Assembly: GCA_963786955.1 (NCBI GenBank)
Contig: CAWBAT010000008.1
Coordinates: forward strand, 224,001 to 288,000
DNA: 64,000 nucleotides
From: an uncultured Acidimicrobiia bacterium
Lineage (GTDB): Bacteria; Acidobacteriota; Terriglobia; Versatilivoradales; Versatilivoraceae
Direction of reading: 5' to 3'
Under the pieces are notes generated by a model. It saw only the letters and a list, made by a program, of their open reading frames with translations. It did not search any database and was not told the DNA's origin. Made by a program: the position numbers and the translations under genes. Below are positions 10,419 through 20,631 of the stretch, piece after piece (the first letter of the stretch is position 1; the number at the start of each line of letters is the position of its first letter).

Positions 10419-12800
10419 TTACACCGCCGCAATCTCGATCCATTCGATCAGGGCACCGCCGGTGGCCTTTTCCCGGACAGGCAGCCGTAGTCTTCCATTT
10501 TGCACAATCTGCGGTCTGTTTTCCTTTCCGCCGCCAAAGTAATGCTCAGTAACCACAACGGATAGTACTTCTCCAGTTCGCTTTAATATGAGTTCTCCTT
10601 CGCCGAAGGGAACTACAGCCAGGTGGGAGGCTCTCTCAATCCCTTGATTAGTCTTTGAAGCGACCACTACAGACGTGTTGCTTTCGATGAGATCGCGAAA
10701 CTTTCCGGCTCCCTTACGTCCATCGAGGCGGCGCTCCCGTAGGGCTACCAGCATCACTTCACCGTTCTCAAGGCGGGCCCAGGAGGAGGTATGGGCCCCA
10801 CGGGCTGGCCCCTGACATTCGCCGTCAATCAGGACCGGGGAAAACACATTGGAATAGCGGATCGCATGGGTAAGACCATTGAATTTGGCTACCCGCTCAG
10901 GTGTGGCAAGCGCTCTGGGCTCCGGTCCAGAAAAACTGGTGAGATTCCCGAGCGTTCCAATTGCCGCCGAGTCAAACCAGATTTCAGGGGCGGTGAGCCA
11001 TTCATAACCGCTTGAGCCCCAGGTGGGCATCCCAATCTCGCCCAACAAACTGCTAAAGAAAAATCGACGGTTGGCTTCCAGATCGAAATCCCCCGCACAA
11101 AAGCCCAGGTCATCCGGGCTATGTAAGTCGAAATAATCAATGAAAAGAGGGGAGAGAGAATAGTACATTACTACAATGTCAGGATTTTCTTCCCGCATGG
11201 CGCCCACCACCACTTCCATTGCCTTAAGTAAGATCCGCTCGCCGGCCCAGTACATGTCCTTTGGTGCAGCCGCTGCCAGGGAAGGGAGTTCATATCCAAA
11301 ATCAAATTTGATGAATTCCGGCTGATAACGACGGACAAACTCTCTTGCCAGCTTCCGCAAGACCTGCTGGACCTCGGCTTGCGTGCAATCCATGATGTAG
11401 AAAGGTTTGTCGGTAATGACGTCTTTTCCAATCATGAACGGCTGGCCATCTTCCAAACGCAACATATTGGCGGTGGTCAGCCCCAATGCTTCAGGGTTGC
11501 TGCAGCGCATGAAAGCAGCCCAAAGCCCAATCAGATGTCCTTCCGAACGAATGCGGGCGAGAGTCTCTTTAAAATGGGGGAATCGTTCTGTCGAATGGAG
11601 CAAGTCTCCATAATTTCCCTCCCAGTACCCATCGATCACAAACATCTTTACGTTCATCCTCGACCGTTTCATCCCTTCGTAAATCGATAACAACATAGGT
11701 TCGTCGAATCGGTCAGGTGGCATTTGGCCCCGTCCAAATTGTTCTCCCCAGGTATCGAAGGAAGGTGCCAAGGCCGCCGCGTTCTTCCTCTCGGAATTGG
11801 TTTTCTTCTGGATAATACCTGCCTTAACGAGTGCTAGATAATACTGGCGAATGGCTTCGTAAAAATTAGGACCCACGGTCCAACACAACTTTGCCCCCAA
11901 AGACAATCGCCCCGGACCACGCAGGTGTCCCCATAGGTCGCTGCGATAGCTCAGAATTGGACCGTAATGGTTGTGGGCAGTCTCAAACAGATGGTCTGCA
12001 TTAGGAACCTCAGCCAGACCGCAACAGAAGGCGTTGAGCAGTTCTTGGGGAGGAACATTCTCGATTCTAATGGGCGGACTTTTCTGGAAATCAAACGGAG
12101 AGCGATGATATCCGCAAAAATAGTGAGCAGGGAGTCCCCAGGCCTGAATCTGTAACACCTTGGGATCACCGGTCCATCCACGCCCCAGCCAACAAATTTG
12201 GTTAACGTTTAAACCGATCTCCCCGGTTGGGATAATTGGACTCATGACCGAGGCTGAACTGACGCCGGGCAGAACCACATAGTCACTTTCCATTGATGGT
12301 CGCGCCTGCTCTCCAGCTCCTTCAGCAAAGTAATGCAGCGCGACCACATCCTCGGCGGCGGTACTTTCATAAACCAGCGGGTCAAGCCAGAAAACGTCAT
12401 GATCAAAACGCCAGGTAACTGACAATTTGGCTGTGCCGTTCAGTCCCTCGTATCCAATGGTCAAAGTATTGCCTTGCAGGTTGTATCCGGACGACTTCCC
12501 TGAACTGCAGCGGCGAACTCCCTTTTGCCCCACAGGCTGGACGACCACTGCAGGTTGCAAGGTCCCTTTTGCGATCAGAAGGCCGCGTTGATCGAGCAGA
12601 CGAAACTGATCGGATTCTTGTGACCACTCCCAGGTGTACTGATCCCCCTTCACCTCGATGCCCTTTCCCGTATCTATGATTCTGGGTTGAGAAGCTGCAG
12701 CCTGTTGCAGAGTCACTGTCGAGAGCAAACAGGTTGCCGTTGAAGTTTTAATGAATTCACGTCGGGATAAAGACCACATGGCAGCTGAATCCTCCTTCAT
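10419..12800 (-). CDS. Tat-exported clan GH-D-like (GH36/GH27/GH31-related) TIM-barrel protein
   Basis: Twin-arginine 'SRREFIK'; 'SFDTWG', 'FVIDGYW', 'ERFPHF', 'GLWAAF', 'FIKFDFGY'; paralogue of 20632..22911. Confidence 0.75.
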   Translation of the reverse strand: MKEDSAAMWSLSRREFIKTSTATCLLSTVTLQQAAASQPRIIDTGKGIEVKGDQYTWEWSQESDQFRLLDQRGLLIAKGTLQPAVVVQPVGQKGVRRCSSGKSSGYNLQGNTLTIGYEGLNGTAKLSVTWRFDHDVFWLDPLVYESTAAEDVVALHYFAEGAGEQARPSMESDYVVLPGVSSASVMSPIIPTGEIGLNVNQICWLGRGWTGDPKVLQIQAWGLPAHYFCGYHRSPFDFQKSPPIRIENVPPQELLNAFCCGLAEVPNADHLFETAHNHYGPILSYRSDLWGHLRGPGRLSLGAKLCWTVGPNFYEAIRQYYLALVKAGIIQKKTNSERKNAAALAPSFDTWGEQFGRGQMPPDRFDEPMLLSIYEGMKRSRMNVKMFVIDGYWEGNYGDLLHSTERFPHFKETLARIRSEGHLIGLWAAFMRCSNPEALGLTTANMLRLEDGQPFMIGKDVITDKPFYIMDCTQAEVQQVLRKLAREFVRRYQPEFIKFDFGYELPSLAAAAPKDMYWAGERILLKAMEVVVGAMREENPDIVVMYYSLSPLFIDYFDLHSPDDLGFCAGDFDLEANRRFFFSSLLGEIGMPTWGSSGYEWLTAPEIWFDSAAIGTLGNLTSFSGPEPRALATPERVAKFNGLTHAIRYSNVFSPVLIDGECQGPARGAHTSSWARLENGEVMLVALRERRLDGRKGAGKFRDLIESNTSVVVASKTNQGIERASHLAVVPFGEGELILKRTGEVLSVVVTEHYFGGGKENRPQIVQNGRLRLPVREKATGGALIEWIEIAAV

Positions 12801-12888
12801 CCCCGCGGAACGCAGGCGTTTCGCCTGCCTTGGTGGAGGTGAATCAATCGGTTTAATGCGATGGGAGGCACGATTTACTCAGCGATGT

Positions 12889-13287
12889 CGTAGCGACAGG
12901 CCTCCCGGCCTGTCAAACCGCGCCGTGGCGTCGCTGATATTGGCTTTCCGCAATGGACAGGCAAGGATGCCTGTCCCTAAAGTTTGGACATTTGTGCAGG
13001 CCAGAGGCCCGCATCACAAGCTTGTGGTGCAGGCGTCCTCGCCTGCCTCCAAGCGGCCTGAAAGGCCGCCACTGCGGGCGGGACGCCCGCGCTCCCAGGG
13101 CAATCCTTTCTACTCTTCCAGGTCTGATTCAACCTGCCGAGATTAACTGTCGCTTCGTCGTCATGTTTTACCATTTCAAACCGAAACGCTTATTTATATT
13201 TCGCTGCGCTTTACTACCGTATCTTCGGCATTCTGCCTTTGACATAATGTCCAATCTCCAGGGACAGGCAAGGATGCCTGTCCCTAC
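12889..13287. repeat. GTAG-type REP doublet interrupted by a MITE
   Basis: GTAG-CGACAGGC..GCCTGTC at 12889 faces GGACAGGCAAGGATGCCTGTCC-CTAC ending at 13287. Confidence 0.7.
12977..13261. mobile_element. MITE (285 bp) with 16-bp imperfect TIRs and 22-bp flanking direct repeats
   Basis: Left end CTAAAGTTTGGACATT; right end reverse-complements to CTGGAGATTGGACATT (13/16 match); flanked by identical GGACAGGCAAGGATGCCTGTCC at 12955-12976 and 13262-13283. Confidence 0.7.
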
Positions 13288-13308
13288 TTCATTGCTGTAA
13301 GCGTCGAT

Positions 13309-15285
13309 TCACAAACTCCTTCGATACTTCACTGGCTTGCCCTCGTAGGATGGTTTGCATAGGTTCTCTTCAATCCAACCGATCTGCATTCTTGTTTCTT
13401 TGCGCTTTTCAAACAGGTCCATGATCCCTTTCAATTGCTGCGGATTCATTTCTGAAATCCCGATGTCATCTCCAAAAGCGCCGTTTGAGATGGCGACGGG
13501 CACATCAAAAGTCTCCACGGCATACTGCGTGAACCGAAAATTGCTCACGGGAGCCCAGTTGCAGGACCAGAGAACATTCCGGAAATTGGGAAAAAGCCCA
13601 TAAGGCCAAGCCTCCGGCCGGCATCCGCTGTCCTGATATGTTCCGTGAGCGACCAGTCCGTAGGGGGCTTTCTGGTTCCAACCGCGCACGCCAATGACAT
13701 CGGAGGCCAGAAAAGCGAGTTGTGAGTTGGAATTGCCGGTTACTGTCGAGAGTTCTTTAACAAGAGTCATCATGGCCCGATCGGCATAGCCGGGATAAGC
13801 GTTAGTGCCCAGCTCTCCGGGATTGATGTAAAAGGTTTCGTCCCAAATCAATCCATCCAGTTCTGTCCCATATTCCGAAATCAATGCTTGCAGATAACTC
13901 CTGTAGAAATCTCTCACAGCCGGATGTAACGGGGACTGCTGGTAAGTTTTTCCTTTCGTGTCAGGACCTTTCCATCCTCCCTGGGTCAAGATCGTGCTCG
14001 GGTCGTAAATGTCCTTGGCCCCGGTGCAGGCACACAGGCCATCGGCGAAATACAATCCAACGCGAAATCCTTTCGCCTTCGCGAATTGGATGCGCCGATG
14101 CATTTCGGAAAGAGACATCTCCACCGGCCGCATCTTACTCACCGAACGCTTGTGCCAATAATGTTCGGTCCACTCTTCCGGGGCCTCACCGTAAGCCTGG
14201 ACATCGGGGTCCAATGCGCTCGGAAATGCCACCCAGCGTTTGTCGAGGGTTTTCTTGCGATGATCAAAACTGTATCTTCCGACCACATCGTACCAGCCGT
14301 GCAGTGCAAGAAAGACCTTCGCTCTGTCCTTACGCGGGATCAATTCCTCGAGTTGGTTAATATCAGCGAACCACCCCTCGCCATTCTTGCTCAGGTAGTC
14401 ATAATCGACCATGGCCACGTCATGCAACCAGTCGGGTCCTTGTTTTACGTCCTCGAGGGAGCATTCGTAAAAGACACTCATAGCCTTTTGGGTGTCACCG
14501 AAATGCAGTCCCGTCGACAGAACTCGCTTTTCAATGCCTTGAATCCCGACAGAGCTGGGATAAATGCAGTGGAATTGGCCGATCCTGTCTCCGAAAGGCA
14601 GGGAAAAATAAGAAGAGAAGTATGGATCGGCACTTAAGGTTAAATGAAGATCCGTTTGGTCTGCGTATTCATCGACCATCGGAATGGCTAGCGCCTGGGG
14701 TTTCCCCCCTTCGAACTCACCGGCTAATTGGAAAAGGTATTCATCCTCGTTATCAAAATTCCCAATTTGTTGCCGATGGCCAATTCCGTTTTTTAAAGGG
14801 AGAAAGACTTTTCTATCAGGGAAGGGAAGCTGAAGATTGCGCGGAAATATAAGCTTTACCCTCTCGCTAATTTTGGTGGGTGCGTTGATTTTGACTGTCT
14901 GCCTTAGATTGGCTGAACCCTCCTTCAAGGGGAGGAGCTCGATTTCATAGTCCACGGAAAACGTGAAACGATCGGAAAAGGAATATTGGAAAATCAGCTT
15001 CGAGCCTTCACGATGCGACGCATTAGGTTGATTGCAAATGTAATATTTCTTGCCAATAAACAAGATGCGCGGATGGTTATCTCCCAGCTTGCGGTTGATG
15101 AGCTCGATCTTGCCATCCTGCAGGGAAACGACGTCCCCGGTTGGACCCACCTTCAACTGCCATCCATTTCTTTCAAGTGTCTCCGTCGCGTACAGTGAGG
15201 AGATTCCAGAAACAAAAGGAGCGGTGACCGTTAATGCCGCTGAGGTTCCAAGAATTTCCACGAATTCTCTTCTTCCGAGTTTCAT
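13309..15285 (-). CDS. Tat-exported hypothetical protein, putative TIM-barrel glycoside hydrolase of unassigned family
   Basis: 'GRREFVE' Tat motif; 'GFRVGLYFAD', 'PLHPAVRDFY', 'LDGLIWDE' resemble (beta/alpha)8 GH strands; located in the GH cluster. Confidence 0.6.
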   Translation of the reverse strand: MKLGRREFVEILGTSAALTVTAPFVSGISSLYATETLERNGWQLKVGPTGDVVSLQDGKIELINRKLGDNHPRILFIGKKYYICNQPNASHREGSKLIFQYSFSDRFTFSVDYEIELLPLKEGSANLRQTVKINAPTKISERVKLIFPRNLQLPFPDRKVFLPLKNGIGHRQQIGNFDNEDEYLFQLAGEFEGGKPQALAIPMVDEYADQTDLHLTLSADPYFSSYFSLPFGDRIGQFHCIYPSSVGIQGIEKRVLSTGLHFGDTQKAMSVFYECSLEDVKQGPDWLHDVAMVDYDYLSKNGEGWFADINQLEELIPRKDRAKVFLALHGWYDVVGRYSFDHRKKTLDKRWVAFPSALDPDVQAYGEAPEEWTEHYWHKRSVSKMRPVEMSLSEMHRRIQFAKAKGFRVGLYFADGLCACTGAKDIYDPSTILTQGGWKGPDTKGKTYQQSPLHPAVRDFYRSYLQALISEYGTELDGLIWDETFYINPGELGTNAYPGYADRAMMTLVKELSTVTGNSNSQLAFLASDVIGVRGWNQKAPYGLVAHGTYQDSGCRPEAWPYGLFPNFRNVLWSCNWAPVSNFRFTQYAVETFDVPVAISNGAFGDDIGISEMNPQQLKGIMDLFEKRKETRMQIGWIEENLCKPSYEGKPVKYRRSL

Positions 15286-15308
15286 ATGGCTCTCCGACCC
15301 TATTTATT

Positions 15309-17889
15309 TCAACTGGACCAGCTCTGCTTTGCACCATCCCAGCTGCAGTTGAGTTCTCTTGTTGAGGATCCTCTGGCTGCCGCTATCTCAGGGGTCCATT
15401 CAGCCACTCGAACATTTTGTCCGTCCGATTGAGCGGCGATTAGCTCCAGCCGCTGAGGTACAAACCACAGGCCTTCGTCGGGAGTGATTAGGCTCACACG
15501 GGGAGGAGTTGGAGGGAAGTTTGCCCTGGAGATAACCGAGATCAAAGGTGCCAAAGGCACTAGAGACCTGACCGACCTTTTTCCCGTCGGCATGAACAGA
15601 CACGACTCCCCATTCACCCACCTGTGTTCCTTCGACCCTGAGGAAGAATGCTTTGGCCGCGCTGATTGAGGGCCGTTCTCCCCGCCTGCTTTTTGTTAGC
15701 TCGGCTTGGGGAAAAAGACGTTCACGCAGACGGTCAATTCGTTGGGCGTCTGCATCCTCCAACGCTGGCTCGAGTCCCTTCCCAACGACGAGTACTGAGG
15801 CGCTTCCGTGGTGAGTGATTTCTACCCGGGCTTCAGACATATCTTGTTTCAACGAAGCCCGATAAACAGGGCCATCTGCAGAATACACATGCGCCCAGTT
15901 CAGTGCGGCTCCGTCCTGGACTCGAAGCGAGACAGCAACGGTTTCGGTTGTCGGAATTCGCCGACTGAGAAATTGAACTCGCGAAGTGACCGGGACAACG
16001 TAATTCCCGTCACCGTTGACATACAAATTGACATCATTTGCGCCAGTGGCAGTCACGCAATGAGGTAAGAGGACTTGTTCTTTCCCGAGCAATGTTGAGA
16101 ACAGTGGCGCGTAGATCTCCAGCAAATCGGCGGCACGCTTATCTGGGGGCTGCTGGCAGATCGGATATTCGTGGGCAATCATGTGCGGAAAGATAGCGAA
16201 TTGAAGCCGCCGCTTGAGCTGAGCTTCAAACTGAAACAAGTCTCCATGATAATTCTTGCGAAAGTTCCAGGCGGAAACGGGACGATACGGCGCCAGATAC
16301 GATAAGGCGGGAAGAAATTCGATTTCGTAGCAATACCCATCGACATCGCGAAGGACCTCGATTCGATAGGAGTGGTTGATGAATACCCTTTTCCCAGCCT
16401 CATGATTGATGCGGCAGAATTCCTGTACAATCTCAGCCATGGGTACGGCCATGCTGGCAATCGGCTTCTCCCCGATCATCGTCAATCCGTCATCGTGGCC
16501 GTAATCATAGATGCTGCACCAATCCAGCCGGTCGATCACGAATCCCTGCAGCTCCGGCAGACGTTTCATATGCCCGCGCACTTGCTCCAGCAGATACGCG
16601 AAGAAGCCGTAGCGACGATCCGGATTCATGACCTTGACCCCTTCCCATGAGATAATATCCTGGCCGTGCTTGTCCTTTGCCTTGGCGTTGGGGAACAGGC
16701 TATTCCGAATTTGTTCAATTCTGGGTGAGTCGCCACGCTCCTCTATGCCGTCGTAGGTGCCCGGGCCTCCGAATTCGTTCAGGGCCATGTGCGCAAAGAC
16801 TCCCACACCCTGGGTATCCATTTTCTGGATAAACGTGCGGATCTTATCGTCGTTCATCATCTCGCCGAAGCGCCACCAGTGGTTGTAGCTATAGGGCTTC
16901 CATTCTTTTTCCTCCGGCAAGTACTCCCCACAGTGCGTGAACCAAGGGAAGGTCCAGATGTAGCGGATATGCTGCCGCGTCATCTCTTCCAAGGGGGGAT
17001 GGTCTTGGACGTGATGATAGTAGAAGGCCCCTTCGTAGGGGCTGCGTGGCAACGTCGGGCGGAAGTATCTGGGAAAATCATCACTGTAGGCTTTGAGGAC
17101 GCTGCGATAATCCGCCGCATGGGTGTAGAATAAGAGTTTCAGTGGAGAGACCCGGCCACCTCCCATTCCCCGGTGGGCCAGCGTCAGGCGCAAGGTCTTG
17201 CTATCTCTCCAGCTCACTTGAAGATGAGGAATCTGAACGTCAGCTGGGAGGGCGATCGTTAGGGCGCTGTCTCGTTTTGCGTCAAAGATGCTCACCAGAG
17301 GCAGAACGTAGTAAGCGTGAATGACTTCCCAGGATAAACCGTAGGTAGCATAGGGAGCATGCTTGAATGTGGGATAATCGCTGACCTGCATGACTCCCCG
17401 ATTACTGGGGGTAAAAACCTGAGCTGTTGGGGAGAGCACTGGAAGTTCCAGGATGACTTCATGGGCTGCACGTTGTCCATCTCCCACGAAGTTCAGTTCC
17501 CAAGCGAGTCCGCCGGAAGTGGCTGTCCAGAGTTGCGAGACCTCAAGAGAAAGGGGTTCCAGCCTCGCACCGACAATCACTCCTTGAGGGGTTTCCTTGA
17601 CGTGAACCTGTGTGAACGATGCAGTATGGTTGGTCGCTTCATTGCGAACCGTAAGACTCATGGGGCTGCTTAGCCATGACCTTTCAGTCCGGCCCGACCG
17701 AGTCTCAATGTGACTGAGCAAACTAGTCAACGGGTCAATACCTACTTTGATATCTTTCCCCTCATGCCAGACGAGATCTCTTGAATGGCTGTCTTTTTTT
17801 TCGGGCATCGTCTTTTCCTGGGCCCAAGTCTTGGTAGACGGGAACGGGAAGATCATGAAAACGACTAAGAAAAAGGTTCGCAAGCTCAT
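15309..17889 (-). CDS. Secreted hypothetical protein, putative TIM-barrel glycoside hydrolase; probable frameshift near 15510
   Basis: Signal peptide (MSLRTFFLVVFMIFPFPSTKTWA); 'GVGVFAHMALNEFG', 'LQGFVIDRLD', 'GKRVFIN'. ORF 15400..17889 appears to continue in the 15309..15617 frame. Confidence 0.6.
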
Positions 17890-18027
17890 GCTAAGACTGA
17901 CTCGAATACAGGCATAGAGCTTTTCTGGAGGCTGGCTTGACGACTCATCCTGAATTCCGGAGTTCCGATCGTTGACTCTGCCGTTCGGTAACGCTTCAAT
18001 GGCGTATACAAAGAGGAGGTTAGGAAG

Positions 18028-20535
18028 TCATCCCCCATCCCCACCATATTGCCCATCAGTGAGTGTGAAGTATCCCTTCATCCGCGGGCTCCATGTGAGA
18101 TCTTTTTCAGGGGCTGACAGTTGCGAGAAACGAATTCTTTGCTCCCTGTTCAAGAAATAGATGATAAAGCCGCCTGAAAATTCTTCGTGGACAGCCAATT
18201 TCTTCTCCGCGGTTTCCTTGTCGGCTTTGCCCAAGAAGTTACCAGCCGAAAGGAAATCGCTGATGACAACTTCGTCCAGCGAATCTCCAATCCGGATATT
18301 CGTCAATGGACCAAAAGGGATCAACAGCAACATGTGGTTCTCACCTTCCAGGCTGAGCCAATGAAGCCTTCGCTTGCTAATGACAGCTTGCAAGACCTTC
18401 AAAGAGACATGTTGCTCGAGCGTGTTATCAGCCCATTCCTTCGGTGTCGCAAGATTTAAAGCATCTCGGTTCCATGAGAGTTGTGTGAGCAAGCTGGACA
18501 ACTTCAACCTTAATCCAGCTTCAGGAAAGACACACTCCCGGTCAGAGCTGAATGAATAGGTAAACCGGATCCAGGATTGCCCAAATTCCACATGGATGGC
18601 TCCCGAGATTAACCATTCCTTGCTCTTGTCAATCAAGTTGCCTTTGACTGTGAATGGTATGGATAGAGAATGGGTTTTGCCTTGGGCTGGCAGATACTGA
18701 ATGGGCTCTACCTGCATCGTCGTCCAGCTTGATTTCTCCGGCTGCATGGCAAAGCCATTGAGCGTGAATAGTTCTTTCCCGCCATGATCATTTATGCAAA
18801 GTTGGTGATTTTCAACGCAAATTGCCTGATATTCATCCATGATTAGCTTGCCAGACGCTGGCGAAAGAGAAATGGGCCCAGTGGTCTGCAGCCCAACCTT
18901 TTTCAGGATTTCGTCTGTAGATGAAGAAGTCAGTTCAGAAGGGAGTGGAAACTCCTGTTCCACGATACAATAGCCTTCCGGATCGAGTATCGAAAAAGCC
19001 AGGTGATCTGCCCCCTGAGGGACACTGAATGCGAGCGGGAAGTAGAAGGTGGAGCGGGGCGATACGCGATATCTCTCACGGCCAGAAGAGACGACCTTAG
19101 ATTCCTTGGAAATCTCCCATTGGAATACAAATCCATCGAGATTGACGAAGTTGTACCGATTAACGACTTTGAGCGTGGCGTTCAATCGCCCTGCTGAGAA
19201 ACTGGGGGTTCGCAAAGCCAGCCCTACCGGCGCGTAGGCTTTGCGGATGTAGTAATATATTGGTTTTTTCTGGCGTTTACTGTCCGCTGCAGCCCCCTGG
19301 ATCAGGCCCAGATTTTCATTCACTGAACCGTCATCCCAGCCGCAAATCAATCCGCCCGCCACATACCAGGACCTCTCCATAAATCTTGTCCATTCCAGCT
19401 GCAAACTTCGCCCCCAGGTTTCTACAAACCCTTTGTCGCTCAATCGGTCAATCTCGTCGGGCACCGCGTGGAATTCGCCGAAGAGCACGGGTGTGGGATA
19501 GATTTCTTTGAACTCGACGTGTGTCAGCGGATCATAGTGCAAATCCGTGACGGTGTTTCCATACTTAGCCGGGTCGGCCACGTTACTACAGACGGCAACG
19601 GGGCGGGTTGGATCGTGTTCTCTTAGCCAGAGCGCCACCCTTCCTCCTCCCAGATTTATGGCGGTCGGGGGATTCTTGCTGACCGCATGCCACAGTATGA
19701 CACTTGGGTGATTCGTGTACTGATCGACGATTACTTTGGTCTGCTGAGTCAGATCATCGGGCAGATAACGGGGGTCTTCCTCTTTGGTCCGCCCATACGG
19801 CACATCCGGAATGACATAGATGCCGTGCTGGTCACACAAGCTCAAGAAATTTTCCTGGAGAGGCAACCAGCGACTGCGGATCGCATTGATGTTTGCCTCC
19901 TTGAGGAGACGGATTTCCTGAACCCAATGGTTTTCCCTGCTTTCGCCTGCAGCAGTCGAAATGGTTTGCGCCGTGACCACACCTCGAATCTCGATTGGAA
20001 CCCCGTTGATCCGAAGACTCATTCCGGCGATCTCTACCTGGCGAAACCCAATCGCTGTCTTAAACTCTTGGACACTCTTTTCCGCTTGTTGCAATCGGAT
20101 CACGAGTGAGTAGAGGTAAGGGGTTTCGGCAGTCCATTTTCTCGGGTCTTTGACGGGAGAAGTCAAAATCACCAGAACGGGTTGCTCTCCGGCGAGGCTG
20201 GGCTCAGCATGAAAGCCTTTGAGCGGGATTTCCTTCCCTTCGGCATCAAAAAGAAATCCTTCAATTTTCACGCTCGACGGGATGGCCGTTTCAAATGTGC
20301 GCAGCTTTAGTTCAGCCCGCAAAACGGCGTCCACATATACCGGATCTAATTCCGTCCGGATCTGGAAGTCCTCGATTCGAGTGAGCGGCAAAGAATTGAG
20401 ATAGGCGTCACGCCAGGTTCCATTCAGGGAAATCTTGTCAGCATGATATGGTTTTCCCGGTTGTCCCATCGCTACACCTACCCATAACAATAGGTATGGA
20501 ATCAATAAGGCGATAAATGAACGCATCCGCATCAT
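18028..20535 (-). CDS. GH2 (beta-galactosidase-like) protein lacking the N-terminal sugar-binding domain and with a degenerate acid/base motif
   Basis: 'PRKWTAETPYLY', 'IGFRQVEI', 'INGVPIEIRGV', 'ANINAIR', 'CDQHGIYV', 'NHPSVILW', 'HDPTRPV', 'PVLFGEF', 'VVNRYNF'; signal peptide present. Confidence 0.8.
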   Translation of the reverse strand: MMRMRSFIALLIPYLLLWVGVAMGQPGKPYHADKISLNGTWRDAYLNSLPLTRIEDFQIRTELDPVYVDAVLRAELKLRTFETAIPSSVKIEGFLFDAEGKEIPLKGFHAEPSLAGEQPVLVILTSPVKDPRKWTAETPYLYSLVIRLQQAEKSVQEFKTAIGFRQVEIAGMSLRINGVPIEIRGVVTAQTISTAAGESRENHWVQEIRLLKEANINAIRSRWLPLQENFLSLCDQHGIYVIPDVPYGRTKEEDPRYLPDDLTQQTKVIVDQYTNHPSVILWHAVSKNPPTAINLGGGRVALWLREHDPTRPVAVCSNVADPAKYGNTVTDLHYDPLTHVEFKEIYPTPVLFGEFHAVPDEIDRLSDKGFVETWGRSLQLEWTRFMERSWYVAGGLICGWDDGSVNENLGLIQGAAADSKRQKKPIYYYIRKAYAPVGLALRTPSFSAGRLNATLKVVNRYNFVNLDGFVFQWEISKESKVVSSGRERYRVSPRSTFYFPLAFSVPQGADHLAFSILDPEGYCIVEQEFPLPSELTSSSTDEILKKVGLQTTGPISLSPASGKLIMDEYQAICVENHQLCINDHGGKELFTLNGFAMQPEKSSWTTMQVEPIQYLPAQGKTHSLSIPFTVKGNLIDKSKEWLISGAIHVEFGQSWIRFTYSFSSDRECVFPEAGLRLKLSSLLTQLSWNRDALNLATPKEWADNTLEQHVSLKVLQAVISKRRLHWLSLEGENHMLLLIPFGPLTNIRIGDSLDEVVISDFLSAGNFLGKADKETAEKKLAVHEEFSGGFIIYFLNREQRIRFSQLSAPEKDLTWSPRMKGYFTLTDGQYGGDGG

Positions 20536-20631
20536 TATCTTTGAACAGATAAAAAACCGCCGAGTCAGACAAAGACTTTGCGCTACAGGCTAAAGGTCCC
20601 TGTGTCCCCGTTGTCTAAAGCCTCCTTATCC

